DNA of 64,000 nt, taken from NCBI GenBank assembly GCA_964416155.1, contig CAYQCW010000003.1:147774-211773 (forward strand). The letters run 5' to 3'. This stretch comes from an uncultured Nitrososphaerota archaeon (GTDB lineage: Archaea > Thermoproteota > EX4484-205 > JAAOZP01). The notes beneath the pieces were generated by a model, which was not told the origin of the DNA, did not search any database, and saw nothing but the letters and a program-made list of their open reading frames with translations. The position numbers were made by a program, and so were the translations under genes. Position 1 is the stretch's first letter. Every line of letters starts with the position of its first letter. Shown one piece after another: positions 1 to 9,935 of the stretch.

Positions 1-101
1 GGGAGGGCAGTCCAAATTATCACCCTGCCGGCAAACCTCGTTTAAACATTTATTCCTTAAAGGTTTAAACAAGTCTGCAAATCAAGAGGGGGACATCTTC
101 A

Positions 102-1007
102 ATGCTTTCAAAAATTGTCTCCAACCCGTTCGCGTCACGCCTCATCCTCTATTATCGCAATTCCAGGATTCTTGAAGGGAGGGCATACGTAGGGATGGCT
201 ATGTTCGGCTTTATCTCTAGCCCAACGTTCATTGCCACATCGGTACCATTAGAAGTCTTCAAGTTTATGTTGACAATAGCTTTCTACCTTGCATTTTCTT
301 TCTCTATCAATAATTCTTTTGACGCGAGGAGCGACGCCCTGTTGAAAGAAAAAGCTGAGAAAAATCCTGTTGCCACAGGAGAGATTGGGTTCGAGGAGGG
401 AGTTGTTTTTTCATCATGCCTAGCTGTCACTGGTCTATCGCTAACGTATTTCTGGTTCAGAAGCTGCTTCTCAATCTATCTTCTGCTCGTCATTTTGTCT
501 ATGGCTTACTCTGCCCCTCCCTTCAGGCTTAAATCCGTGCCTCTTATGGACCTGGTTTCTCACGGTTTATTCTTTGGAGCACTATTATATTTCTACGGTG
601 TTTCAGCCTCTGGTAGTGCGACTTTTCAAACCCTCCTCATCGGTGCTTCAATCTTTATTTACTCAGTCGTTCTCGAGTTAAGAAACCATCTTAATGATTT
701 CCAAGTAGATTTAAGCTCCAGAACAAGAACCACCGTTTATTGGCTGGGCTATGAAGAATCTTTAACTGTTTTAAAAGTTCTCTTAATATTTCACTGGCTA
801 TTTCTATCAGCAATCTCTGTTTCCATCTGCCCTAACGTCGCAATTCTCACCATCTCCTTTACCGTGTCATTTACTTTAGCAGGCCTGAGACGGATACGTT
901 TTGACCGCTATTTGAGATCTGCAGACATCTGCACATGTATCATATACGTCTTAATTCTTCTCAGAGAGTTCAACATGGTTGCTTTACAATACGGTGGAAA
1001 CTCTTGA
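102..1007 (+). CDS. UbiA-family prenyltransferase
   Basis: Multi-TM protein with the Asp-rich motifs NNSFDARSD and RNHLNDFQVD, plus YSAPPFRLK. Confidence 0.85.
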   Translation: MLSKIVSNPFASRLILYYRNSRILEGRAYVGMAMFGFISSPTFIATSVPLEVFKFMLTIAFYLAFSFSINNSFDARSDALLKEKAEKNPVATGEIGFEEGVVFSSCLAVTGLSLTYFWFRSCFSIYLLLVILSMAYSAPPFRLKSVPLMDLVSHGLFFGALLYFYGVSASGSATFQTLLIGASIFIYSVVLELRNHLNDFQVDLSSRTRTTVYWLGYEESLTVLKVLLIFHWLFLSAISVSICPNVAILTISFTVSFTLAGLRRIRFDRYLRSADICTCIIYVLILLREFNMVALQYGGNS

Positions 1008-2104
1008 AGATCGCCTTATGCAGCGACTATTTTTACCCGAAAATAGGCGGCATAACGACACATATAGAAAACTTGGCGCGGATGCTGAAGAAGAGAGGCC
1101 ATGAAGTTATCATAATAACCAAAATGTCAGATTTCAACGATCAAGCCCATGGATTGAACGTCGTACGGATTAAATCCCTGTTCCGTAGCTCGCAGACGCT
1201 GGATATTCCTCGCTTAGATGATTTGGAAGAAGCTCTCAGAGAAACTAGACTGGATATTATACATGCTCACCATGCTTTCTCTCCAATTTCCTTGTTCTCT
1301 CTACTCATAGGGAAAAGACTGGGAATAAAGACTGTTCTGACCAACCATTCAATACAGTTCCTTTACGATTTCAACTATTTATGGAAACCTTCTTCCTTAA
1401 TGCTGTTCCCGCTTAAACAATATATTAACAGCGCTGATAGAATAATAGCCGTAAGTAGGGCGGCAGCAACCTTCATCTCCCATTTCACAGATAAAGAAGT
1501 AAGCATCATTCCTAACGGGGTAAACATTGAAGAATTTGCCCCGCATATCAAGAAGTTTGACGGGAAAAGTATACTCTTTGTCGGCAGGTTGGTGTATAGG
1601 AAGGGGTTACACCTACTTCTAGAAGCTATGAAGCAAGTGGTGAATGAAAAGAATAATGTGGAGCTAACTATAGCGGGTTCCGGTTATCTAAGTCCCGTTT
1701 TAAAAGCTGTTGTTAAGACATCAGGCCTTCATAATAATATTTTCCTAAGAGAGGGCTTGAGGAAGAGCGAGCTCATTGACCTTTATCAGAGAGCTAATGT
1801 CTTTGTCTTACCCTCAATCTTCGGAGAGTCTTTCGGAATCGTTCTGCTCGAGGCCATGGCTTCTAGGACTCCGATGGTAGCGACGACCCAAGGCGGAATA
1901 CGTGAAATAGTGAACCACATGGAAACAGGCTTACTGGTAAGAAAGAATAACGTGGAAGAGCTGGCGAGGGGTATCTTAATCCTGCTTGAAAACAAAGAGC
2001 TTTCCGAAAGAATCTCTTCAAACGCCTTCAGAGAAGTGAAGAAATACGATTGGAACATAATAGTTAAGAGAATAGAAGAAGTTTACGAAGAAATCCTACG
2101 TTAA
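1004..2104 (+). CDS. Glycosyltransferase family 4 (PigA-like)
   Basis: Motifs SDYFYPKIGG, IPNGV, FVGRLVYRKG and ESFGIVLLEAMA. A TTG start at 1004 overlapping the upstream stop is more plausible than the ORF-track start at 935. Confidence 0.9.
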   Translation: MKIALCSDYFYPKIGGITTHIENLARMLKKRGHEVIIITKMSDFNDQAHGLNVVRIKSLFRSSQTLDIPRLDDLEEALRETRLDIIHAHHAFSPISLFSLLIGKRLGIKTVLTNHSIQFLYDFNYLWKPSSLMLFPLKQYINSADRIIAVSRAAATFISHFTDKEVSIIPNGVNIEEFAPHIKKFDGKSILFVGRLVYRKGLHLLLEAMKQVVNEKNNVELTIAGSGYLSPVLKAVVKTSGLHNNIFLREGLRKSELIDLYQRANVFVLPSIFGESFGIVLLEAMASRTPMVATTQGGIREIVNHMETGLLVRKNNVEELARGILILLENKELSERISSNAFREVKKYDWNIIVKRIEEVYEEILR

Positions 2105-2205
2105 AATTACCACACGTAACGCGTAAGGTTGAGCAATAGATGTGGGAATCTGATAACGACTTTTGCGTAACCTGTTTAAACTTAAGATTTTTGTTCTCCA
2201 TCAAA

Positions 2206-3444
2206 TCAGGTTAATGGAGGTCTTGCTCCAAGCGTAACAGGAACATCTATGATTTGATTGTTTCTAACTATTGTCACTATAATTGTTTGATTCGGAAGCG
2301 TGTACTCCTCTAAGAAGGATAATAGGTCATCTCCACTCGAAATCCTCGTACCGTTTACCCCTATCACAATGTCTCCACCTACCGTAACCCTGCTTCCCTT
2401 AATCATAACCTGCCTGTTTCCGCCCTGCAAGCCTGCTTTAGCAGCAGGCCCGTTAGCCGTAACCCCCACTATTAGCCATCCGTATGTCACGTTAACACCC
2501 ATTGCTGAAGCTATGTCGTACGTCATGTCTACCCCCGTTACTCCAAGCCAAGGATGCTGATCATAAGTTCCCTTTGTGACTAGGGATTCTATTTCACGCA
2601 GTATCGTGTTGGAAGGAATAGCGAAGCCCAGTCCCTGCGAGTCACTCACGATAGCGGTTGTTATTCCAACAACCTCGCCGCGAAGGTTTAGAAGAGGCCC
2701 TCCCGAGTTACCTGGGTTTATTGGGGCAGTTGTCTGAATACAGTTGGCTATCGAGTACCCTCCGCTAATATCTTCAGAGATTGTTCTGCCGAGGGCACTT
2801 ACTATGCCTGAACTCATGGAGCCCGCAAGCCCATACGGGTTTCCTATTGCCACTACAGCGTCGCCGACTCTGAGCGTTGACGAACTTACGATTTTAAGCG
2901 GCTTGAATTCATCAATGGAAGCGTTCACAAAGAGAACAGCTAGGTCAGCATAAGCGTCTGCACCCTTGACAACAGCAAGATAAGTGTTCCCGTTTCTAAA
3001 CCTTACAGTTATGTCGCGCGCATTGTAAACGACATGATAATTCGTCACAATCACAAACTTGTCCCCGGACTTGTAGACGAAGCCTGAGCCCTGGGCACTA
3101 CTGTAATAAGGACGGTAGAAAATATCGTAGTTTACAACAGTACCCTTTATCAGGACAATCGAATCCCTAACGTTTTCATAAAGCTGCGATAGGGAAAAGT
3201 TCCCCTCTAGAACACAGGTTATGTTGCTTGAAGAATTCTGCGTCAGCTGCAGGGCGGACACACGGTTTTCAATGTTTGAAAGCCTGTTTTGAAGTTCATC
3301 TATCTTGCTTATAATGAACAGGCTGCTGAAAGCATAGCTTATCAAACCGCCTATCAAAACTCCTGTTAGCATGAATGCTACTGTCAAGACTATGGTAGAC
3401 CTGCCGGCATTCTGATAGGTCGAAGAGCCTTCCACCGGTCTCAT
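2206..3444 (-). CDS. htrA: HtrA/DegP-like trypsin serine protease with PDZ domain, membrane anchored
   Basis: Catalytic triad motifs TNYHVV, DLAVL and GNSGGPL; C-terminal PDZ; N-terminal TM plus coiled coil. Confidence 0.92.
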   Translation of the reverse strand: MRPVEGSSTYQNAGRSTIVLTVAFMLTGVLIGGLISYAFSSLFIISKIDELQNRLSNIENRVSALQLTQNSSSNITCVLEGNFSLSQLYENVRDSIVLIKGTVVNYDIFYRPYYSSAQGSGFVYKSGDKFVIVTNYHVVYNARDITVRFRNGNTYLAVVKGADAYADLAVLFVNASIDEFKPLKIVSSSTLRVGDAVVAIGNPYGLAGSMSSGIVSALGRTISEDISGGYSIANCIQTTAPINPGNSGGPLLNLRGEVVGITTAIVSDSQGLGFAIPSNTILREIESLVTKGTYDQHPWLGVTGVDMTYDIASAMGVNVTYGWLIVGVTANGPAAKAGLQGGNRQVMIKGSRVTVGGDIVIGVNGTRISSGDDLLSFLEEYTLPNQTIIVTIVRNNQIIDVPVTLGARPPLT

Positions 3445-3554
3445 TTTAAGCTACTATTGTTTGTAGTAACATGTTAATAAGCATTACTAATATTTACAGG
3501 AAATAAACTATCCAAACCTCTAGTTAAAAATCTAAATCATGAAAAGCAAAAACA

Positions 3555-3646
3555 TGCGGCGTCCGGGATTTGAACCCGGGTTACCAGCGCTCGGCCGCGA
3601 AAGACGATGGCAGGCTGATGTCCTGGCCAGACTAGACGAACGCCGC
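3555..3646 (-). tRNA. tRNA-Gly(GCC) with 18-nt intron at 37/38 (3590-3607)
   Basis: Cloverleaf GCGGCGT/ACGCCGC-A, T-loop TTCAAAT, spliced anticodon loop CTGCCAC; BHB-like pairing with one mismatch. Confidence 0.92.
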
Positions 3647-3668
3647 TACTCAATTCATAAGGAATGGC

Positions 3669-3682
3669 GGTTAAAAAGTTTT
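3669..3682 (-). promoter_or_regulatory. Putative BRE/TATA promoter of tRNA-Gly
   Basis: Minus strand AAAACTTTTTAACC about 25 nt upstream of the tRNA 5' end; similar boxes precede tRNA-Arg(TCT) (~31468-31477) and tRNA-Leu(GAG) (~54401-54410). Confidence 0.5.
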
Positions 3683-3699
3683 ACTCCCTAATCCCTGCT

Positions 3700-3840
3700 T
3701 TAATTCCTCTCGTTACATTCATTCATCGATTTTATCAGGCGAAGCCTCTCTATGTGCCTCGGCTTCTTCAACCCCATCTTCTCTGCGAATTTCAGACGAG
3801 TCTCTCCATGAATAGAATCCAAACTCTGTGAACATTTATC
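3700..3840 (-). pseudogene. Possible C-terminal remnant of a LAGLIDADG endonuclease-like gene
   Basis: Start-less frame [27 protein letters not shown] resembles the C-terminal motif of such domains as I recall it; resemblance only. Confidence 0.3.
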
Positions 3841-3940
3841 TTATCCCATAACTCTCTTTAGATGCCGAGTATACATGAATAACATATTCTTATCAACCTT
3901 GGGAAATAATACTTATAAGAATAGGACGTGTAGCAGGAGT

Positions 3941-4216
3941 ATGGTTGACAAAATACATTGTGCTCATATTCTTGTTAAGACGGAGCAGGAGGCCAAGGAG
4001 GTTCTTGAACAGTTGAAGAAGGGGATGAGCTTCTCTAAGCTGGCCGCTGAGAAATCGCTGTGTCCCTCCAGGAAAAAAGGCGGAGACTTAGGGTTCTTTG
4101 GAAGAGGGCAGATGGTGCGCGAGTTTGAAACAGCCGCTTTCGCGTTGAAAAAAGGCGAGGTTTCCCAGCCGGTGAAGACGAGGTTTGGCTGGCATATAAT
4201 AAAAAGGCTGGAGTAA
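3941..4216 (+). CDS. ppiC: Single-domain parvulin peptidyl-prolyl isomerase
   Basis: Motifs [30 protein letters not shown] and TRFGWHII; ATG at 3941 follows AGGAG. Confidence 0.92.
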   Translation: MVDKIHCAHILVKTEQEAKEVLEQLKKGMSFSKLAAEKSLCPSRKKGGDLGFFGRGQMVREFETAAFALKKGEVSQPVKTRFGWHIIKRLE

Positions 4217-4283
4217 GATTATGGAGGAGCTGCTCTCAATCCGTCTTTTACAGCAGAATTGGAAAACCTTTAGACTTATATAG

Positions 4284-4892
4284 TTGGAATTTATTCCCGG
4301 GCTAATGGGTTTAACACCGCTCTTAGCCTCCTTCCTGCTGGTAGTAGTTGCAGAGCTGGGGGACAAGACGCAGATCGCTGTCATAACCTTATCGGCCCAT
4401 CATAATGCTTTTCTCGTCTTCACCAGTGGGATTTTGGCTTTACTGCTGGTTTCAGGTTTGGGCGTGGTCATCGGGGAAACGTTGACCAAGATTATCCCTC
4501 CGCCTATGATACACGTCTCGTCGGCAATCCTATTCCTAGCTTTCGGCGCCTACACTATCCTATTAGCTGGAAAAAAGGAGGAGCATGTTGAGAGGTTTGG
4601 CTCAAAGTCTGTAGCCTTATCCGTCTTCTCAATGGTCGCCCTGATGGAGCTTGGGGATAAGACGCAGCTGGCGGTGATAGCGCTTGCAGCAGAGTATGGT
4701 GCACCCCTTCTAGTTTATGTTGGAGTAGCATTGGCTTTCATAGCCATAACTGGGCTGGGAGTTGTAATAGGCTGTAAGCTTCTGAGACTCATACCTCTGA
4801 GACTCGTCAAGCTTGGAAGCGGAGTAGTCTTCATACTGTTTGGAATAGTTTTCCTTCTGAATGCCTTTTTGCCTGGTTTCCTTAGCGTCTAA
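4284..4892 (+). CDS. TMEM165/GDT1 (UPF0016) Mn2+/Ca2+ transporter
   Basis: Two copies of the ELGDKTQ signature in a 6-TM protein. Confidence 0.92.
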   Translation: MEFIPGLMGLTPLLASFLLVVVAELGDKTQIAVITLSAHHNAFLVFTSGILALLLVSGLGVVIGETLTKIIPPPMIHVSSAILFLAFGAYTILLAGKKEEHVERFGSKSVALSVFSMVALMELGDKTQLAVIALAAEYGAPLLVYVGVALAFIAITGLGVVIGCKLLRLIPLRLVKLGSGVVFILFGIVFLLNAFLPGFLSV

Positions 4893-5847
4893 CTATCTTC
4901 GGTTCCACACCGTCAGCTATTAGCTTTTTCATATATTTCAACGCTGCCTTAACATGTCTATCCACCACATCGATCCCTTGATACTCGTGGTTCTCCAGCA
5001 CAGGAGAGCATTCCTCGGAGGAAATAAACCCGTCGTAGCCTATTCTTTTAAGCTCCCTTATAAACGCGGGGTAGTTCACATACTGTTCTCCAATAAGTTG
5101 GCTACGCTTCATAATGATTTCTCCAGAAGGAGATTCGTCGAACGAGGATGAGCCGTAGTGGGAGAGAACTATCCCGATCTCTCTGCATGATTCGACAGCC
5201 TCACGAATATATTCGTCACTCTGCTTAGTGAAAAGAGGGGCGTCCAGACATAGTTTCACATTATTCATGCCGGTTTCCTTAACCATTTGAAGCGCGTCCT
5301 CATATCCGAGCCTTATTACCGGCGGATGGTTTTGCAGCGCGATTACGATTCCATAGTCATCAGCCCATTTAGCCGCATCCCGAATCCCCTGTATAGCCCA
5401 CCTCCACATTTTATCTCCGGTTGCAAACATGCTCTTAAAGTCGAAAAGCCTGTATCCAAAATCGTAAGTTCCCAGTTCGTCATACCTAGAGGTGCCTGGC
5501 CAAGCTGCGAAAACCTTCACTATGTTCGTGTTCAAGTCTGCTGCAAGCCCTATGGATTCTTTCACCATGCAGAGATTGTTTTCCCGTTCCTCAATAATTG
5601 GGCTGGCAAAGTTTGACATGGTTTCAACGGCAGCGATCGCAATACCGTGGGAGCAAGCCAACTCCACTACTTCTTTTCTTGCAGACCGATCTAAGTCGCA
5701 GGGTAGCGCTACTGGCCTTTTAGTCTCTATCGTTATGCCGTCGAAACCCAGTTCTTTCGCTTTCTCAAGCTGTTCCTTCAGCGATAAAGCTTCTCCTTTG
5801 TACCAAAGGCCACAATATGTTACTGTAAACAAAGCTGTTTTAATCAT
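4882..5847 (-). CDS. Sugar phosphate isomerase/epimerase (xylose-isomerase-like TIM barrel)
   Basis: Motifs AKELGFDGI, ALQNH, LCLD and LKRIGYDGFISSE. Confidence 0.85.
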   Translation of the reverse strand: MIKTALFTVTYCGLWYKGEALSLKEQLEKAKELGFDGITIETKRPVALPCDLDRSARKEVVELACSHGIAIAAVETMSNFASPIIEERENNLCMVKESIGLAADLNTNIVKVFAAWPGTSRYDELGTYDFGYRLFDFKSMFATGDKMWRWAIQGIRDAAKWADDYGIVIALQNHPPVIRLGYEDALQMVKETGMNNVKLCLDAPLFTKQSDEYIREAVESCREIGIVLSHYGSSSFDESPSGEIIMKRSQLIGEQYVNYPAFIRELKRIGYDGFISSEECSPVLENHEYQGIDVVDRHVKAALKYMKKLIADGVEPKIVRR

Positions 5848-5991
5848 CCACTATTAAATTCCAAATCCTTTATTTAAGTTTTCAGACTCACGTCTCCATA
5901 AGCACCGGTTGCAATCCACATGCCATAAAGGCTTTTTAAGCAGCACACAAGAATAGTAAGACACGTATAAATGCTGGTTTAATTCTGAAAT

Positions 5992-6497
5992 TTATACGTT
6001 GTTTTTGTTTTCACGAACCAGCCTTTTATAACCCCATGTTGCCACTATCCCTGTCACGAAGAGGATGTTCAGAATTAACAGATAAAGACCGCCTAGCGTA
6101 GTTTCAAGTGTTGGAAACATGAAGAAAGATAAGTTGTTCATTGTGTGCAATAGCATCATGGCTAAGATGTGCCACCAGTATTGTTGTACACCCAAGTGAA
6201 CAGTATTGTTCCGCAGAGTATTAGTATCATGAAGCCCCAGACTGGAGTTTGAGACTGAATCGAACCAGATATTAAGAATAAGGGTAGGTGCCAAGCTCCC
6301 CATATGACTCCAAGCACCAGCCTTGAGACAAGTAGGCCGAAAGCAGCTGGGTTAAAAGGGCCGAATAGGAACTCGGTGAAAATAGAGGGGACTTGTAGTG
6401 AACCGGTTGAAACTAAGGCTTGAGGAATCCAGAACAACCATGAGAAAGCGAAGGCGATTAAGAAATATAACCATAAGCTGCGGTTCGAGTTCATCAT
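5992..6497 (-). pseudogene. CPBP (CAAX/Abi) intramembrane protease pseudogene
   Basis: Motifs IWGAWHLPLF, FTWVYNNTGG and (in another frame) LLHTMNN. The EExxWRG segment is missing and there is a frameshift near 6170. Confidence 0.8.
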
Positions 6498-6644
6498 GTC
6501 TCATTTTCAGGCACGGCCTCTTAGGAGTATTTAACCCTTGCTTTTAGTTAGCGATAGTTACCGATATTGGTATACAAACAAACGATTTTAAATGTGCTAA
6601 AAATGTTTCCTACTGCCCGTTCGATGCGTGCACTGCTTGGGAGT

Positions 6645-9074
6645 TTAAACCGTGCTTGAAGCAACCCATACTAGGGCGACTAGCTGAACATGAATATTCG
6701 TTTTGCTTGCTGCATACCACATGGTTTCAAAAGTTTCGGTGAGAGGGTTGGTTTTTGCTTCTATAGCACTGACTTCAGCTTGGAACTGTGCTTCGAGTTT
6801 TTCCCGCTCCTGCTGCAGGGCTTTCAAGTTCTCCTCTGCTTTCTCCTTATCCCTCCTTTCTTTCATAGTGCGCGATATTTCTCTCGTCGCCCTTGTAGCG
6901 CGGGTGCTTGACTTTCTTCCTAGGAACGAGCCTAAAATGGTTTCGCCTAAGGATACTGCAGTCTCGTATTCCCTGCTTTTAGCCTGTGCTTGCTGTTCCT
7001 CCAAGGTCATTTTTGCCCGTCTTATCTGCTCATCTAGCCTAGCGAAGGCTGCAGCATATTTTTGCCGAAGCTTTTCAACCTGCTGGTCACGCTTTTCTCT
7101 AGCTATTTGTTGAAGCCTAATCCTGAAGTCACGTTCAGTTTCTCCAGGCCTCGACAGTTCGTTGAGAGAAGGACTTCTGAACAGCTGGAGCTTCTGAGCT
7201 CTTAAAAGCCAGTTTGAAAAGTCTTTCCCCCAATAAACATAGTTTTTCGGATTCATGGCAGCTGGAGGAAGATCAGCATATGGTAAATCCTCCGGCGGCT
7301 CGTCTAGAAGATCCGAGACCTTCACGTCTACTTCTTCAGCCTCATCCCAATTGACAGGCACCGGTTTTTCGCTGACAGGGGTGATGAAAACCTTCTCCAC
7401 CGTCATGTAAATCCCCTCTTTCGGCACTGAGTATTGTATTCGTGCAGCCCCAACCAGCATAGGTTTATAAGTCGGGTTCGGTTGTTTCCCCACATCCTTT
7501 TTGAAAGGCATATAGTATTCTCTTATGCCAGGCGGTATGACAGGTTTCTCACTGGTTATCGTTAATGCCGCTGGAGTAGACGGGGCCATTGTAGGAGGTG
7601 GAACGGGAGTAGCCTGTAAGGCAACTACTTTTTCCTGCTGTCTTTTCATCGGCTCAGCCAGCACTTTGATTTGTTCTCTTGTTAGAGGACCCCGCAGATA
7701 GGACATTGCCCACCTTGTTTCGAAAACCACGGGCGCATCTTCACGCACATTATTCATGAGAAATATTCGTTTCCCCAAGCCGGACAGAACCTTGTCGAAA
7801 TACTGCCGGCTGAACTGTTTCTGACTTGTCAACGCGACGCCTTCAAGCCCGTCTAACACCCGTTCCTTATCCCGTTCAGTCTGAAGCCGCCCGAGAAACC
7901 ACGTGCCCGCGTTAGAAAGCGCCTTATAGTCTAAGTCAATTGGGTTCTGCGTCGCCAACACTACGCCCAGCCCGAAGGCACGGGCCTGCTTCAGAAGGGT
8001 TATAAGAGGGAGTTTCGAGGGAGGGTTAGCCACAGGCGGGAGAAAACCGAAAACCTCGTCGATGTAAAGTATGGCGCGTAAACTCGTGGTGCCGGACTGA
8101 GTTCGCATCCAACCCACTATCTGGTTAAGGAGAAGAGAGACGAAGAACATTCGTTGAGCATCATTCAAGTGGGCAATGTAAAAAATCGTTATCCTCGGCT
8201 TACCACTTGGAGAGTAAAGAAGCTGGTTTACATCCAACGGGTCTCCTTCAAGCCACAGGCTGAAGCCCGGTGCAGCGAGAAGATTATTCAGCCGCATGAC
8301 TAGTTCGAAACGGTCTTTCATCGGGTAGAATGATTCCAGGTCGAGAACTCCGATACGCTTCAAAGGCGGGGACTGAATGAGTTGAATCAAGCGTCCTAGA
8401 TCCAGGTCTTCACCCCTCCGCCAGCATTGCGCAAGAATATTGGATATCAAAATATGCTCCCTTGATTTAATCGGGTCAGCCTCAATCCCTAGAAGTGAGA
8501 GTAGGCTTGTAGCTGTTGTGTTTATTCTTTCCTGCAGGAGCTCTTCATCCTGAATGATTTCAGGAGGGGGTGCTGCAAAAGACTTCAGAATTGAAATCTG
8601 CAGTCCTGCATTACTCCCAGGAGTGTAAACGAGGAATTCAGCTGAATCACGAAGCCTCTTAATACGGCTTCCATCCTGACCCCATTTTTGCAAGCCCTCC
8701 CTCCATAAAGCAGCCTGCTGCGCAGCAAACTCCTCCGGGGAAAACCCCTTTTTCAGCGCGTCCTCCTCGTTTATCCAAGGCAAAAAATTCTGGCCCTGCA
8801 GCCCGGGAAAAGTGAGAAGCAGGTTCACAACATCCCCCTTCGGGTCGATTAAAATAGCTGGGACACCGTCAATCGCAGCCTCTTCGATAAGGGAAACGCA
8901 TAATCCTGTTTTCCCGCTCCCGGTCATGCCGATGCATACTGCATGCGTAACAAGATCCTTAGAGTCGTAAAGCAATAACTCGTTCAAAGGAGACTTCTTC
9001 TCAATATCGTAAAGACGACCCAGGTAGAATACCCCGAGCTTCTCAAAACTCTGCATTCTAATCCTACTCCTCAA
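6645..9074 (-). CDS. HerA/FtsK-superfamily ATPase (DUF87-like) with C-terminal coiled coil
   Basis: Walker A GMTGSGKT, IDPKGD, Walker B YIDE, ARAFGLGVVLATQNP; likely start is the ATG at 9056. Confidence 0.85.
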   Translation of the reverse strand: MRSRIRMQSFEKLGVFYLGRLYDIEKKSPLNELLLYDSKDLVTHAVCIGMTGSGKTGLCVSLIEEAAIDGVPAILIDPKGDVVNLLLTFPGLQGQNFLPWINEEDALKKGFSPEEFAAQQAALWREGLQKWGQDGSRIKRLRDSAEFLVYTPGSNAGLQISILKSFAAPPPEIIQDEELLQERINTTATSLLSLLGIEADPIKSREHILISNILAQCWRRGEDLDLGRLIQLIQSPPLKRIGVLDLESFYPMKDRFELVMRLNNLLAAPGFSLWLEGDPLDVNQLLYSPSGKPRITIFYIAHLNDAQRMFFVSLLLNQIVGWMRTQSGTTSLRAILYIDEVFGFLPPVANPPSKLPLITLLKQARAFGLGVVLATQNPIDLDYKALSNAGTWFLGRLQTERDKERVLDGLEGVALTSQKQFSRQYFDKVLSGLGKRIFLMNNVREDAPVVFETRWAMSYLRGPLTREQIKVLAEPMKRQQEKVVALQATPVPPPTMAPSTPAALTITSEKPVIPPGIREYYMPFKKDVGKQPNPTYKPMLVGAARIQYSVPKEGIYMTVEKVFITPVSEKPVPVNWDEAEEVDVKVSDLLDEPPEDLPYADLPPAAMNPKNYVYWGKDFSNWLLRAQKLQLFRSPSLNELSRPGETERDFRIRLQQIAREKRDQQVEKLRQKYAAAFARLDEQIRRAKMTLEEQQAQAKSREYETAVSLGETILGSFLGRKSSTRATRATREISRTMKERRDKEKAEENLKALQQEREKLEAQFQAEVSAIEAKTNPLTETFETMWYAASKTNIHVQLVALVWVASSTV

Positions 9075-9171
9075 GAATAAGGAAGAAGCTACACTTATTA
9101 AAGTTATAGGCTGAGGAAAGCAGCTTTAAACAATCACTCAACCATAGCAGTGGCAAACCCGTAAAAGAAAG

Positions 9172-9288
9172 TGCGGAGGGAGGGATTTGAACCCTCGAAC
9201 CCCTTCGGGACTGGATCTCTCCCTGGGACTGATCTTAAGTCCAGCGCCTTTAGTCTAGCCCCGTTTGACCAGGCTCGGCAACCTCCGC
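9172..9288 (-). tRNA. tRNA-Leu(TAA) with two introns: D-loop 15 nt (~9249-9263) and 37/38 17 nt (9217-9233)
   Basis: Removing both inserts gives an 85-nt class II tRNA (GCGGAGGTTGCCGAGCCTGGTCAAAGGCG...CTTAAGA...) with a long variable arm. Confidence 0.9.
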
Positions 9289-9460
9289 CTGTTACTCGTG
9301 CCGAATAATGTTTTTCAAGGCTGATTTTTAAGACTTTTGGATTACGCTCAGAGAGCAGCGCTATGGTTTTCATCTGATACCTACATAAAAGATTTGAATC
9401 GACCCCTATGTCAAATCCCTGAGAGAAACTATAAAAAGAGCCGTAGAGCAAAAAATTCTC

Positions 9461-9536
9461 GGGCCCGTCGCCTAACCTGGATATGGCGGCAGCCTCCTAA
9501 GCTGTAATGATCTGGGTTCAAATCCCAGCGGGCCCG
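9461..9536 (+). tRNA. tRNA-Arg(CCT), intron-less
   Basis: GGGCCCG/CGGGCCC-G acceptor, anticodon loop CTCCTAA, T-loop TTCAAAT; CTATAAAAA box about 30 nt upstream. Confidence 0.95.
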
Positions 9537-9935
9537 ATTTCTCTCTATCTAAGTTTCTGCGTACTCTATTCAAGTTGAAGAGAAGGGTTGGCGGTTGGCG
9601 AATTCGTGAAGGAAAACAAGGTTGAAGTCCGTGTGGGAGACAACATGATGGCTCTAATAGCGGCTGAAAACCAAGGAATCTTGGAAAGCATCTCCATGGG
9701 GAAATGCTCTTTAAGCGGAAAAGTGATACGTAGGTCAGAGTTCTACTAGATAAAGACATCGGGTATTCCCCGCTTATGTCCGTAAGAATAAGTTTGGTAA
9801 ACAGGGGTTTGAAAGAGGCGCCGTGCATGTGAATTGTAATTCCTGCAACAGGCACAAGTATGAGGAGTGCGTGATGCCCAGCCACCGAGTGTTATCGCGG
9901 CAACTTTTAACCGTAATGGTGTTGATCCAGAGGAA

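Noticed and set aside
40-70. Two GTTTAAAC palindromes upstream of the first gene
   Set aside because: TTTAAA is the usual TATA-like box throughout this window; nothing more specific is supported.
9134-9885. ORFs 9134-9451 and 9472-9885
   Set aside because: They overlap tRNA-Leu and tRNA-Arg genes and have no protein-like motifs.
9540-9935. About 400 nt after tRNA-Arg(CCT) as an integrated element or ncRNA
   Set aside because: No att duplication, integrase or convincing structure; only short unassignable frames.
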